64,000 nucleotides of DNA. Origin: Candidatus Poribacteria bacterium. Its GTDB lineage: Bacteria > Poribacteria > WGA-4E > WGA-3G. The translations under genes were made by a program, and so were the position numbers. Each line of letters opens with the position of its first letter. Within the stretch, counting starts at the first letter, position 1. Shown here piece after piece: positions 31,429 through 41,416 of the stretch. The notes below the pieces were generated by a model. The model made no database searches. It was not told the origin of the DNA and worked only from the letters and a program-made list of their open reading frames with translations. Location of the stretch: contig OZ251518.1 of NCBI GenBank assembly GCA_965242965.1, positions 3,296,001 through 3,360,000 on the forward strand, given 5' to 3'.

Positions 31429-33093
31429 ATGAAAATGAAAGCATTTTCGATTCTATTGACGCTCGTGTGTATCGAGTTCGTCTTGATGCTTGCAGGGAAC
31501 ACCTCTGCGCAACAAGCGAAGATTGAGTTTACAGCGGAAACTGATGATGTCGTAGTGGAAGAAAGGCAGTATGAGATAGATGATAAGACAACGCTCACCA
31601 TTACCCTCAGACGCGGCGGTGCAGTGGTGCCGAACCAACCTGTCGAATTTCGGGTTCTTGGTTTTGTGGACCAGAACAATCGCTTCCTACCGCCGCCGGT
31701 TCCTGAGGCTGCTTCAGTCAGTCCAGAGAGGGGAGTCACCGACAATAACGGGCGGGTAACAACCACGGTGACTTTCCATAAGTCAGGACGCGTTGGAATC
31801 GAAGCAGAAGCACTTGATTCTCTCTACGTTCATGCTTTTCGGGTTAAGGCCGAACCGCCGCCACCGCCACCGCCTCCACCACCGCCACCGCCACCGCCGG
31901 AAATAACCCGCATTGTTGCGACTCCGAAGGTTGAGGGGGCCCTCGCTGTCGGCGATACCTTCACATACTCGATCGAGATTAAAAATGTGAAAGATTTAGC
32001 CGGCTGGCAGATGGACCTTGCCTACAATCCGGCGGTGCTTGAAGCCGTTGCTGTCAGAGAAGGTGATTTTCTGGCATCTGGTGGTGTAAATGCCGCGTTT
32101 CAGTCCGGGACTATGAGTGCAGGCAAAATCATGGGTATATGGCAAGCGCGCGTTGGAAGGACTGTGGATGCTACCGGAGAGAATGTCCTCACCGATCCCG
32201 TGGCGGGTGTTACCGGCTCTGGCGAATTGCTGTCAATCGAGTTTCAAGTCAAGCAATTTGCTGAGGACGCATTGGGACTGTCCAATGTGCAACTCAGTAA
32301 CACCGCGCATATAGGCGATGGCGGATCTGCTGGTATCCCAGCCCTGATCTTCAGTGAGGACTCACAGAAACCTCATAAGCGGATCTCTTACCATATCATC
32401 AGTAACCCCGTTGTGGTAACTCACCGGTATCCTCGGGAGGATGTCAATCGGGATGGAATGGTCGATGTTCTGGATCTGGTAACGGTGGCAGGGCAACTCG
32501 GTGAAGCCGCAACTAACCCACGCGCTGACGTAAACAACGATGGATTCGTCAATGTAATGGATGTTATCCTTGTTGCCCGGCACCCTAACTGGGGCAAAAG
32601 TGTGACCCCTATTAAGGTTAGGGACGCGAATGATCAGGTAGGAGGGGCTCCGCTGTCCGTAAGCGTTGGACAATCGGCAGACCTCGCACCTGCAACGATT
32701 CAGGCGTGGATCGACCTGGCACAGGTTGAGGACGATGGTTCCGCGATTTTCGACCTCGGCATCGCGAAACTGGAGCACCTGTTACAGGCAACGGTTCCGG
32801 AAGAGACGAAGCTGCTGCTGAACTACCCGAATCCGTTTAACCCGGAAACGTGGATACCGTATCAGTTGGCAAAAGCCACGGATGTCACGGTGTCCATCTA
32901 TTCGGTGAACGGCACCTTGGTTCGCACTTTGGCGTTAGGGCATCAGGCCGCTGGTGTCTACCAGACTAAGAGCCGCGCCGCGTACTGGGATGGCCGGAAC
33001 GAACTCGGCGAGCGCATCGCCAGCGGCGTGTATTTCTACACGCTCATAGCGGGCGATTTCTCGGCGACAGGCAAGATGCTTGTCAGGAAGTAA
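31429..33093 (+). CDS. Secreted modular protein: Ig-like, poly-Pro linker, cohesin, dockerin, C-terminal FlgD-Ig/T9SS-A-like domain
   Basis: AGGAGG RBS, signal peptide, long proline run, DLAGWQMDLAYNP (cohesin), DVNRDGMVDVLDL (dockerin), LLLNYPNPFNPETWIPYQL..WDGRN..ASGVYFY. Confidence 0.88.
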   Translation: MKMKAFSILLTLVCIEFVLMLAGNTSAQQAKIEFTAETDDVVVEERQYEIDDKTTLTITLRRGGAVVPNQPVEFRVLGFVDQNNRFLPPPVPEAASVSPERGVTDNNGRVTTTVTFHKSGRVGIEAEALDSLYVHAFRVKAEPPPPPPPPPPPPPPPEITRIVATPKVEGALAVGDTFTYSIEIKNVKDLAGWQMDLAYNPAVLEAVAVREGDFLASGGVNAAFQSGTMSAGKIMGIWQARVGRTVDATGENVLTDPVAGVTGSGELLSIEFQVKQFAEDALGLSNVQLSNTAHIGDGGSAGIPALIFSEDSQKPHKRISYHIISNPVVVTHRYPREDVNRDGMVDVLDLVTVAGQLGEAATNPRADVNNDGFVNVMDVILVARHPNWGKSVTPIKVRDANDQVGGAPLSVSVGQSADLAPATIQAWIDLAQVEDDGSAIFDLGIAKLEHLLQATVPEETKLLLNYPNPFNPETWIPYQLAKATDVTVSIYSVNGTLVRTLALGHQAAGVYQTKSRAAYWDGRNELGERIASGVYFYTLIAGDFSATGKMLVRK

Positions 33094-33153
33094 GCTGATT
33101 TGTAGGGGCAAGTTTCAAACTTGTCCCTACGCTTTTTCATTTAGATACTCCGA

Positions 33154-33190
33154 TGGGTAAAGAGCCTTTCGCTGAGGCTCTTTACTCTGT
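33154..33190 (+). terminator. Probable terminator hairpin
   Basis: GGGTAAAGAGCCT..AGGCTCTTTTACTC stem after 33093. Confidence 0.5.
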
Positions 33191-33286
33191 CAAAACGAGG
33201 AAGCACCCTGAAAAATTAGAACTTTTTGATAAATATCCTGCCTAGCAACTTTCTGTTAACTTTTATTTTTACGAGGAGCATTGAGA

Positions 33287-34264
33287 ATGCAAAAATTTCA
33301 AGTCGGCTTGATTGCTATGCTGATTTGTTGTGTGGCTTTCGTTTCCTGCCACAGGGATCCTCAGAAGCGGATGATGGCCCCGGAAAAGCCTACTGAGCAG
33401 ACAATGCCGGTTGGTATGGGCCCAGAGATGATAGAATCCCCGACTGATACGGAACCCAGCAAAATGCCCGTTGATATGGGCGACGGTGATAGTGATGTCC
33501 CCGAAGGCATGGTGCTCATTCCCGCCGGAGAATTCCAGATGGGCAGCATTGATGCAGATGCAGACGGCGATGAAAAGCCGGTGCATACCGTTTCCGTGGA
33601 TGCGTTCTACATGGATACACACGAGGTGACGAATGCCGAGTATAAGGCGTTTGTCGATGCGAATCCGCAGTGGCAAAAAGGGAACATTCAGGCGGCGAAC
33701 TTCCATGATGGCGATTACCTCAGCGATTGGGATGGCAATAACTATCCCGCTGGGAAAGCCAATCATCCGGTGACGTATGTGAGTTGGTATGCAGCTATGG
33801 CATATTCGGCATGGGCAGAGAAACGGCTTCCAACGGAGGCAGAGTGGGAATACGCTGCCCGCGGTGGGCTGGAGAGTCAAAAGTATCCGTGGGGTGACAC
33901 GATTTCCCCCCGGAATGCCAATTACTACCCGCATGTTGGTGAAGCGACAGCGGTTGGGCAGTATGCGGCGAACGACTACGGCTTATACGACATGGCGGGT
34001 AACGTGTGGGAATGGTGCCTTGACGAATGGAAATTCGATTTCTACGCTGTTTCTCCTGACCGGAACCCGCTCTCTGGGGAACATAAGCTCCCATCGATAC
34101 AAAAGCAAAAGAACTTTGAAATTGTTCAATCTGTCCGCGTATTGCGCAGTGGGTCTTGGAACTCTAAAGCGCACGGTGTGCGCGTCGCCAATCGCGAATT
34201 CTATGAGCCTATGCTCACGAGTAGCGTGTTCGGTTTCCGTTGTGTGAGGGCTGTTGCCCCTTAA
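33287..34264 (+). CDS. FGE-sulfatase (SUMF1) domain lipoprotein, probably non-catalytic
   Basis: FVS-C lipobox, IPAGEFQMG, RLPTEAEWEYAARGG, GLYDMAGNVWEW, GFRCV; lacks the CxxxxC core after RSGSW. Confidence 0.9.
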   Translation: MQKFQVGLIAMLICCVAFVSCHRDPQKRMMAPEKPTEQTMPVGMGPEMIESPTDTEPSKMPVDMGDGDSDVPEGMVLIPAGEFQMGSIDADADGDEKPVHTVSVDAFYMDTHEVTNAEYKAFVDANPQWQKGNIQAANFHDGDYLSDWDGNNYPAGKANHPVTYVSWYAAMAYSAWAEKRLPTEAEWEYAARGGLESQKYPWGDTISPRNANYYPHVGEATAVGQYAANDYGLYDMAGNVWEWCLDEWKFDFYAVSPDRNPLSGEHKLPSIQKQKNFEIVQSVRVLRSGSWNSKAHGVRVANREFYEPMLTSSVFGFRCVRAVAP

Positions 34265-34282
34265 GACTGTAACCCCATGAGT

Positions 34283-34335
34283 GAGGCGGTTGAGGTGTGT
34301 CCTTCGGGCGCGCTTCAATCGCCTCTTTCTTTTTC
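34283..34335 (+). terminator. Intrinsic terminator
   Basis: Long stem with a cTTCGg loop followed by TTTCTTTTT. Confidence 0.75.
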
Positions 34336-34349
34336 TGCTCTGAATGATT

Positions 34350-34745
34350 TCACCGTAGGGCGGGGGCCTGTCCCCCGCCATGCTGGATCGAACGTAGCGC
34401 GAGGGACAGGCCCTCGCGCTACGGTTTAGAGAACGTTAATGATTCTAACGTAGGGCGAGGGCCTGTCCCTCGCCGTGCACCGGTCTGAGCAGCAAACATC
34501 CGTGGTCTCTGGATTGCAGGCGTTTTTCATCTAGGTCGCAGATCGCGGGGGACAGGCCCCCGCGCTACGGTAGAAAGTTGATTTTCCTCGCCAAGAGGTT
34601 CCTAATCTTGGGAATCTTGGGAATCTTGGAAATCCTGCTTCAGACTATTAAGATTGCGAGGGACAGGCCCTCGCCCTACTGTTTGAATGAATGCATGATT
34701 TCACCGTAGGGCGAGGGCCTGTCCCTCGCCATGCCCCGATCTCGG
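34350..34745. repeat. REP-like cluster with an AATCTTGG(G/A) 9-mer tandem
   Basis: Alternating GTAG hairpin units and AATCTTGGG x3. Confidence 0.85.
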
Positions 34746-34880
34746 CAAAAACCGAAACGATGCAAGATCGCCTTCAATTTAAGTTGACACCGTTTGCAAA
34801 ATCGTATATCGTTAAACGTGTTGAATAGGGCGGTGCCCAGTATATTTCACCGTGCATCGCCATAACATCGGAGGTGAAGT

Positions 34881-35432
34881 ATGAGACGAACGCTGAGCAT
34901 CGTGTTGTTCAGTATAACGATTGTGATGGTGGAAAGCGGATGCGTGTCCACCCCAGTCCCTGGAAAAGCAGGCGAAAGTTTCAGAGATTATGAAAAGGCA
35001 TTTGATGCACGTCAAATCCTTGAGGCATTTGAAACGAATCGCATTGCGGCGCAGTGGGAATACTCTGGCAAGGTTTGCAAAGGATTCGGTAGAATCTGGA
35101 AAGCCGAATTTGATGGAAAACGGCATCGCATCTATTTTGAAATCGGTGATCCGATGCAAAGCCGCACGAAGAAAGTGCAGAATGTCTGTATTGAACTGAC
35201 CCCTGCCGAACTGAATAGGCTGCCCTACAATGTCCTTGCAAATGACATTATCTGGGTGGAAGGCACGGTATCGAGATATGAAAACGGTGTCATTGTGATC
35301 CGCGATGTTAGACGCTATCAGGTGAGAGATAGGATTGCGCCTTTCGGCTGGGACACACCGGGAGACAGACAGATCGATCCGCGGTTGTATAAGCCGAAAA
35401 CCGAAGTCGGCGAACCGGAACCTGTTGATTAA
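34881..35432 (+). CDS. Hypothetical lipoprotein, possible OB-fold (tRNA_anti-like)
   Basis: GGAGGT RBS, ESG-C lipobox, FETNRIAAQWEYSGK..IIWVEGTV pattern. Confidence 0.65.
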   Translation: MRRTLSIVLFSITIVMVESGCVSTPVPGKAGESFRDYEKAFDARQILEAFETNRIAAQWEYSGKVCKGFGRIWKAEFDGKRHRIYFEIGDPMQSRTKKVQNVCIELTPAELNRLPYNVLANDIIWVEGTVSRYENGVIVIRDVRRYQVRDRIAPFGWDTPGDRQIDPRLYKPKTEVGEPEPVD

Positions 35433-35448
35433 TACGAACTATGAGTCA

Positions 35449-35499
35449 GGCGGTTGAGGCGTGTCTGAAGGACGCGCTTCAATCGCTGTTTCTTTTTTC
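35449..35499 (+). terminator. Intrinsic terminator homologous to 34283-34335
   Basis: GGCGGTTGAGGCGTGTC..GACGCGCTTCAATCGCT followed by a T-tract. Confidence 0.7.
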
Positions 35500-35507
35500 A
35501 GCGAGCC

Positions 35508-35886
35508 TGATTCTAACGTAGGGCGGGGGCCTGTCCCTCGCCATGCTGGATCGAACGATCGCGAGGGACAGGCCCTCGCGCTACGGTTAAAGGAAGGCTA
35601 ATGATTCTAACGTAGGGCGGGGGCCTGTCCCCCGCCATGCTGCGATTCAGGGGACGTTCGCGAGGGACAGGCCCTCGCGCTACGGTTTAAGGAAGGCTAA
35701 TGATTCTAACGTAGGGCGGGGGCCTGTCCCCCACCATGCTGCGATTCAGAGAACGTTTGCGAGGGACAGGCCCTCGCGCTACGATTCAGGGAAGGCTCAT
35801 GATTCTAACGTAGGGCGGGGGCCTGTCCCCCGCCATGCTGCGGTTTAAGGAGCGTTTGCGAGGGACAGGCCCTCGCGCTACGGTTA
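35508..35886. repeat. BIME/REPIN-like tandem array of inverted REP doublets
   Basis: Four units of about 95-100 bp: TGATTCTAACGTAGGGCGGGGGCCTGTCCC..GCGAGGGACAGGCCCTCGCGCTACG. Confidence 0.9.
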
Positions 35887-35939
35887 ATGGATTCTACATG
35901 TCAACAAATTTCTGGCATATCTCGTTTAAGAAAAATAAC

Positions 35940-35968
35940 TTGACATTTCGGGAAAATTGCTATATAAT
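35940..35968 (+). promoter_or_regulatory. Sigma70 promoter for the phyH-like gene
   Basis: TTGACA-N17-TATAAT. Confidence 0.75.
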
Positions 35969-36008
35969 ATATCTTGTCCATAATCAAAAAAAGGAGCCCA
36001 GCAACAAC

Positions 36009-36749
36009 ATGGGAATTACAGCCACAGAACAGCAATTTTATGAGGAAAACGGCTTCCTCCTGAAAAAAGGGCTTGTCTCAGCCGAAGACATTGCGCGGAT
36101 TCAGGGGGAGATTGAGGATATTCATAACCGCATGGCGGAAAACCCGACGGACGGCATCGGCATTTCGTGGGAAGTCTACGATACGGAAGCCCATCCGCCG
36201 CGGATTAAACAGTTGATGCACAGCGAGCTTGTGAGCCCAACGCTCAATAAGCTGCTCCGTTCCAACTTGATGCTTGACTGTTTAGAGGCGATGATGGGAC
36301 CCGATATTTCGCTTTTTCACAGCAAGCTGCTGCCAAAGGCGGGCGGCGATGGCACGGCTATCCCGTGGCATCAGGATTACGCCTATTGGAAAAATGATGA
36401 CAACAAGCCTGTCATGATTAACTGCCAACTCGCCATCAGCGATGCGAATCTGGCGAACGGATGCATCCAGTTTGTCCCCGGCAGCCATAAGTGGGGACTA
36501 CAAGAGCATGAGCGGAAGCAACAGACGTTCGGCGTGTTTTTGCCGGGCCACTACCACGAACGCGAAGACGCTGTCGCCGTCGAGATGGAGCCGGGAGATG
36601 GCGTGTTTTTTAACGCGTTGATTATCCACGGGTCTGCGCCGAACAATTCGCAGCGCGACCGGCTGATGAACACGTTCGCTTACAACGTCACCGGTAACGG
36701 CGCGGCGCGCTCGCGTGAAGTGTTACGAGGAAAACCCGATGCTTCGTAA
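36009..36749 (+). CDS. Phytanoyl-CoA dioxygenase (PhyH) family protein
   Basis: FYEENGFL, PWHQD, GCIQFVPGSHKW, IHGSAPN..R (HxD...H facial triad). Confidence 0.93.
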   Translation: MGITATEQQFYEENGFLLKKGLVSAEDIARIQGEIEDIHNRMAENPTDGIGISWEVYDTEAHPPRIKQLMHSELVSPTLNKLLRSNLMLDCLEAMMGPDISLFHSKLLPKAGGDGTAIPWHQDYAYWKNDDNKPVMINCQLAISDANLANGCIQFVPGSHKWGLQEHERKQQTFGVFLPGHYHEREDAVAVEMEPGDGVFFNALIIHGSAPNNSQRDRLMNTFAYNVTGNGAARSREVLRGKPDAS

Positions 36750-37794
36750 AGAAGGTTTCTCCGAGCGTGCCTTTTACCGTAGGGCGAGGGCCTGTCCCTC
36801 GCTAGGTTTCGGGCTCTGGATACCGCTTTTCCTCATCTTCATGATAGCAGGCTGCGGCGGCGATGATGTCAGCAGCAGCAACTTCGCCCCACGGATTCTG
36901 GTTTTTGAGACAGACTCGGACATCGTGCCACCGGGCGCGAACGTGCCGATCCGGGTAGAAGTGGCAGACCTCGAGAACGATACCTTGACGTTCACCTGGT
37001 CGGCAACGGAGGGAAAACTCACTGAAACCGACACGGGCGCGGTTTGGGCGGCACCGGAGACTGAGCGCAAATACCAGGTCGAGCTCACTGTCAGCGATGG
37101 CGCGAAATCGACGACGAGCACCTTGGATTTGCGCGTCTGGCGCGTTCGGCCCGGCAATTATTATCCCCTCGCCGTTGGAAACCTCTGGCGATACCGCGAT
37201 GAACAAGGCACGCAGATTACGTTTGAAATCGTGGATACCATCCAGATCCAACTGGAAGGTGGAAAGACTGTCGACAGTTTTGTCCTACAGAAATCTAGCT
37301 CGGCTGATGGGCTTGAGAACGTCGTGAATTATACATACCTCGGCAATAAACTTAACGAGCAAGGCGAGGTCGTTGCGGTTGTGCAACATGCGCAAAATAC
37401 GACTTCGGGCACGACAGACACGATTATGTTTGTCCCCTTTCTGCCGCTCTATCAATTTCCACTCATTCCGGGAGAGGAATGGCATGTCAATTTTGAGGCG
37501 CAGTTGACACCGGAACTGTTTCCAATTGGCGGCGGACTTGACGAGTTTGAGGTGCTTTCCGAGGAAACCGTCAGCGTGCCGGCGGGAACGTTTGAGCATG
37601 TTTTTCAGGTCCAAGAGTCATTTCGGTGGGGGTTTGACATCGGCAATCAGGACTTTCCGCTTGACATCACCGTTGTGAAGAAGTGGCTTGCGCCCGATGT
37701 CGGTATCATCAAATTCACGCAAGCGCAAACCCGGGGCGAAGTTACCGTTGAAACGGTTTTTGAATTGGAAGTTTTTGAGCTCGTGTCGCCTTAG
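36739..37794 (+). CDS. Lipoprotein with PKD/Ig-like domain
   Basis: IAG-C lipobox, NFAPRI..DTLTFTWSA..LTVSDG, YYPLAVGNLWRY, VSVPAGTF, WLAPDVGIIK. Confidence 0.75.
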   Translation: MLRKEGFSERAFYRRARACPSLGFGLWIPLFLIFMIAGCGGDDVSSSNFAPRILVFETDSDIVPPGANVPIRVEVADLENDTLTFTWSATEGKLTETDTGAVWAAPETERKYQVELTVSDGAKSTTSTLDLRVWRVRPGNYYPLAVGNLWRYRDEQGTQITFEIVDTIQIQLEGGKTVDSFVLQKSSSADGLENVVNYTYLGNKLNEQGEVVAVVQHAQNTTSGTTDTIMFVPFLPLYQFPLIPGEEWHVNFEAQLTPELFPIGGGLDEFEVLSEETVSVPAGTFEHVFQVQESFRWGFDIGNQDFPLDITVVKKWLAPDVGIIKFTQAQTRGEVTVETVFELEVFELVSP

Positions 37795-37796
37795 CA

Positions 37797-38166
37797 ACGA
37801 TCGCGGGGGACAGGCCCCCGCGCTACGGTAATAAAAAACGTCTGATTAATCGTAGGGCGAGGGCCTGTCCCTCGCCAGGCTCTGGGGCACGCGAGAGATC
37901 GCGGGGGAAACCCGCTCGGATGCGCGTATGGCATCCGAGGGCCCCCGCGCTACGGTAATAAGAACGTCACCTTAGTCGTACAACGATCGCGGGGGACAGG
38001 CCCCCGCGCTACGGTAGGCCAGGCCGCTTCCTTTCACCGTAGGGCGAGGGCCTGTCCCTCGCCATGCCGCGATCGCGGGGACAGCCGGAAGGCAGCCATC
38101 GAGACCGGGAGGTCTCTCCTACCTCGCCATGCCACGATCGCGGGGGACAGGCCCCGCGCTACGGTG
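37797..38166. repeat. REP-like cluster
   Basis: Repeated CGATCGCGGGGGACAGGCCCCCGCGCTAC units. Confidence 0.9.
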
Positions 38167-38181
38167 ATGAGAACGTTTGAT

Positions 38182-39201
38182 ATGCAACATTCAACACAGA
38201 AAAAACCTGACATTTTAACCACAACCGTCGGTTCTTATCCGATTCCGGACTGGCTTTCGGTGATGCCGACTGAACAGGCACTCATCGATGCGACGCGCGT
38301 CGTCGTTGACATTCAACGCCAACACGGCATCGATATGCCCACGGACGGCGAACTTTACCGTTTTGATGTCAATCACCCCGATACTAACGGGATGATAGAC
38401 TATTTTATCCGTCCGTTGGGAGGCATCAGTGCAGAGGTAGGGCGGCAGGAGTGGCATGAATTTCGGCAGATGCAGACGATGGCGTTTCGCGCGAAACCCG
38501 CCGGGGTTGTTCACGCACCCCTCGGCGAAGGAACGCTCAACCTCGTCACCGACTGCCAACGGATGACGAGTGTCGCTGGCAAGGACATCAAGTTCACCGT
38601 GACGAGTCCCTATATGCTCGCGCGCACCTTGTTGGATAAGCATTACGGCGATTTTGAAGCGTTGCTTTCCGCTTTGGCAGAGGTATTGGCGGCGCAAGTC
38701 GGCGAACTTGACTGTGCCTGCCTCCAAGTTGACGAGGCGAATATACCGGGCAATCCACAAGACGGTCCTCTCGCCGCTGCTGCGATTAACATTGTTCTGG
38801 ATGCGTTTCCGGGAGAGAAGGCAGTCCATTTCTGCTTCGGTAACTACGGCGGACAGGTTATCCAGAAAGGGAATTGGCGCGCGCTGACAGATTTCTTGAA
38901 CCTGCTCCGGTGCGATCATCTCGTTTTAGAGTTGCAACATCGGCCAGAGGCAGACCTGGAGGCACTCAAAGCAGTTTCGTCGGACATTGTCCTGGGCATC
39001 GGCGTGATTGACGTAAAGAGCAACCCCGTTGAAACGCCGGACGAGGTGGCGGCAAGTATTGAGAAAGCCGAAAGAGTGCTTGGCTCCTCCCGGGTCGGCT
39101 GGGTGCATCCGGATTGTGGTTTTTGGATGCTCAAGCGTTCGGTAGTTGACAGGAAGATAGAGGCTCTGGTGCAGGGTAGGGATAAATACCTCGGCTATTA
39201 G
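38182..39201 (+). CDS. Cobalamin-independent methionine synthase II family protein (single catalytic domain)
   Basis: TTTVGSYP, TDGE, QVDEA, VHFCFGN, PDCG zinc-ligand pattern. Confidence 0.9.
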   Translation: MQHSTQKKPDILTTTVGSYPIPDWLSVMPTEQALIDATRVVVDIQRQHGIDMPTDGELYRFDVNHPDTNGMIDYFIRPLGGISAEVGRQEWHEFRQMQTMAFRAKPAGVVHAPLGEGTLNLVTDCQRMTSVAGKDIKFTVTSPYMLARTLLDKHYGDFEALLSALAEVLAAQVGELDCACLQVDEANIPGNPQDGPLAAAAINIVLDAFPGEKAVHFCFGNYGGQVIQKGNWRALTDFLNLLRCDHLVLELQHRPEADLEALKAVSSDIVLGIGVIDVKSNPVETPDEVAASIEKAERVLGSSRVGWVHPDCGFWMLKRSVVDRKIEALVQGRDKYLGY

Positions 39202-39468
39202 GTTAATCTAGGGGGTTTCATATTTCGATTAGTCTCGATGTTCCCGTAGCGCGAGGGCCCTCGCCCTACGATGAAGGGGGCTTTCTGCCGCCGCGGCCCC
39301 GGTAGGCGCGCCGCCCTATTGCATCGAGACCGGGAGGTCTCTCCTACCGGGGAAAAACACGCTCAGGTTAATCCGTATACCCGTGTCCCCGTAGGGCGAG
39401 GGCCTATCCCTCGCCGTGTCTAAATCGAAAATATATTTATCTCGAAAAGGCTGTAGAAAGGATACGAA

Positions 39469-39789
39469 ATGTTTGAAGTCCATTTACCGGCGTTGAAGAA
39501 ATATCAGCATATCGCCGGTATCACCGCGGGTGTGGGATTTGTGCTTGGAATGCTCATTCCCGCGTTCGCTATTTTCACGACGAGGTGGGCCTGTCCGTTT
39601 GGGGATGGGTTGCTTCGCATCGGCGGGTTTTTGTTGCTCACAGGGCTTGTAAGCGCAATTGTGTTCGGCAATCTTGTCGCCGTTTTCTTAATGGGACTCG
39701 CGAAGATGAAACAGAGGCGTGCGAACCGCACGCGCTCGCGTGTAACTGCACGCCGCGGGTCACGAAAGGGAAAAAACACAAATGTTTGA
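39469..39789 (+). CDS. Hypothetical small membrane protein
   Basis: Two hydrophobic segments, basic tail, overlaps the next start. Confidence 0.65.
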   Translation: MFEVHLPALKKYQHIAGITAGVGFVLGMLIPAFAIFTTRWACPFGDGLLRIGGFLLLTGLVSAIVFGNLVAVFLMGLAKMKQRRANRTRSRVTARRGSRKGKNTNV

Positions 39790-40654
39790 ATTGCTTGAAT
39801 TCATTCAAAGCCATATTTTATACCTTGCCCTGCTCCTGGGGACAGGCGTGTTAGCAGGATTCCTGAACACGCTCGCGTGCGGCGGTTCTCTGTTGACACT
39901 CCCAATGCTGATCTTTCTGATGGATCTTCCGGGACTCGCCGATGCGCTCCCGGCGGCTGATGAGGCAGCCGAAGATAAGGATGTGACACCCTACGCCAAC
40001 GGCACGAATAGGGTGGCAATCCTCTTTCAAAACCTCAGTGCGATTCTGGGGTTCCGAAACAAGGGGATTTCAAATTTCCGTTATGCCATTATCCTCGCGG
40101 TACCAGCGGTTGCAGGAGCGGCAATCGGTGCCGTCCTCGCGACACAGACCGGGGATAGAGTCTTTGAACCCATTCTCGCCGTTGTCCTCGTGAGCATGCT
40201 CTTTTTAACGCTATTCAATCCTACGGAGTGGCTGCACGATAAAATCAACCCTGGTGACACGCACCACAAAATCATCACGGGTATCGTTCTCTTTTTTATC
40301 GGCATCTACGGCGGGTTCATTCAGGCTGGCACGGGATTGCTGATTATCGCCGCCCTACGGATTATTGACGGCGATGACCTGGTGATTACCAACTCGCTCA
40401 AGGTGTTTATTATTTTCGCCTATACCATCATCGCGCTTGGCATTTTTATCAGCAAGGGGCAGATTGTGTGGATTCTGGGGATAACCTTAGCCATCGGCAA
40501 TGCCACCGGCGCGTGGATTGGCAGTCATTGGGCAGTCGCGAAGGGTGAAAAGTGGATTAAAGTCGTGCTAGTCGTCACCGTGCTCGCCTATTCGATAAAT
40601 CTTTTCCTGAAGCCTTTTGGTTTGGATGTCGTGTCGCTTCTCGGAGTTGGCTAA
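39782..40654 (+). CDS. TauE/SafE (TSUP) family transporter
   Basis: AGFLNTLACGGSLLTLP, ANGTNR, GIYGGFIQAGTG. Confidence 0.92.
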   Translation: MFELLEFIQSHILYLALLLGTGVLAGFLNTLACGGSLLTLPMLIFLMDLPGLADALPAADEAAEDKDVTPYANGTNRVAILFQNLSAILGFRNKGISNFRYAIILAVPAVAGAAIGAVLATQTGDRVFEPILAVVLVSMLFLTLFNPTEWLHDKINPGDTHHKIITGIVLFFIGIYGGFIQAGTGLLIIAALRIIDGDDLVITNSLKVFIIFAYTIIALGIFISKGQIVWILGITLAIGNATGAWIGSHWAVAKGEKWIKVVLVVTVLAYSINLFLKPFGLDVVSLLGVG

Positions 40655-40661
40655 CTAGTCT

Positions 40662-41400
40662 TCGTAGGGCGAGGGCCCCCGCGCTACGGTTGTCAAGGCC
40701 GTCTCCCTTTACCGTAGGGCGAGGGCCTGTCCCTCGCCGTGCCTCGATCGGAACGAGAAATAACCTGGGTCGGCGCGCGGTTTTCGCGCGGATCGAACGT
40801 TCGCGGGGGACAGGCCCCCGCGCTACGATGAAAAAACGTGCCGCTTACCGTAGGGCGAGGGCCTGTCCCTCGCCGTGTCTCGATCGAGAGGGAAACGGCC
40901 TTGGTCTGTGTTCGTTTTTCGCGCGGGTCGAGCGATCGCGGGGGACAGGCCCCCGCGCTACGGGCCCGGAAAGGGTTCTCCTCAAGGTCCTTTAGGACCT
41001 TAATGTCTATAGCACGCGCAGTCCGCCAAGTCCTCAAGGTTCTTTAGGACCTTAATGGTTTTCGGTGGCGTTGCGTGTGCTGTCTATTAAGGACCTAAAG
41101 GACCTTAGCGTTTTTTTTCGTCGACGGGTTACTATAGACATGCAGGACCTAAAGGACCTGAAGAGGTGCCGTTTACCCTAGGGCGAGGGCCTGTCCCTCG
41201 CCGTGCCTCGATCGGGAAACCGGCGTTGGTCTGCGTGCGGTTTTCGCGCGGGTCGAACGCTCGCGGGGGACAGGCCCCCGCGCTACGGGCCAGGTAAAGG
41301 GTTTTCCTCGCCAGACCCGTTCGGGAGCAGGTGCTCCCGAACTACAGTCTCCTGCTCCGCTCTTGCTAATCGTGATAATCGTGCAAATCCTGCTCCTCTA
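40662..41400. repeat. Mixed repeat cluster (REP-like plus AGGTCC-N3-GGACCT palindromes)
   Basis: GTAG hairpins flank several AAGGTCCTTTAGGACCTT units. Confidence 0.85.
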
Positions 41401-41416
41401 AGGAATTATCTCGTGC

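Noticed and set aside
34130-34264. FGE-domain C-terminus as a diversity-generating retroelement variable region
   Set aside because: No template repeat or reverse transcriptase is visible in this window.
33287-34264. True formylglycine-generating enzyme for the sulfatase at 23731
   Set aside because: Lacks the catalytic cysteine pair and has a lipoprotein signal.
35508-35886. Regularly spaced repeats resembling a CRISPR array
   Set aside because: The intervening sequences are near-identical, the units alternate in orientation and match the dispersed REP families, and no cas genes are present.
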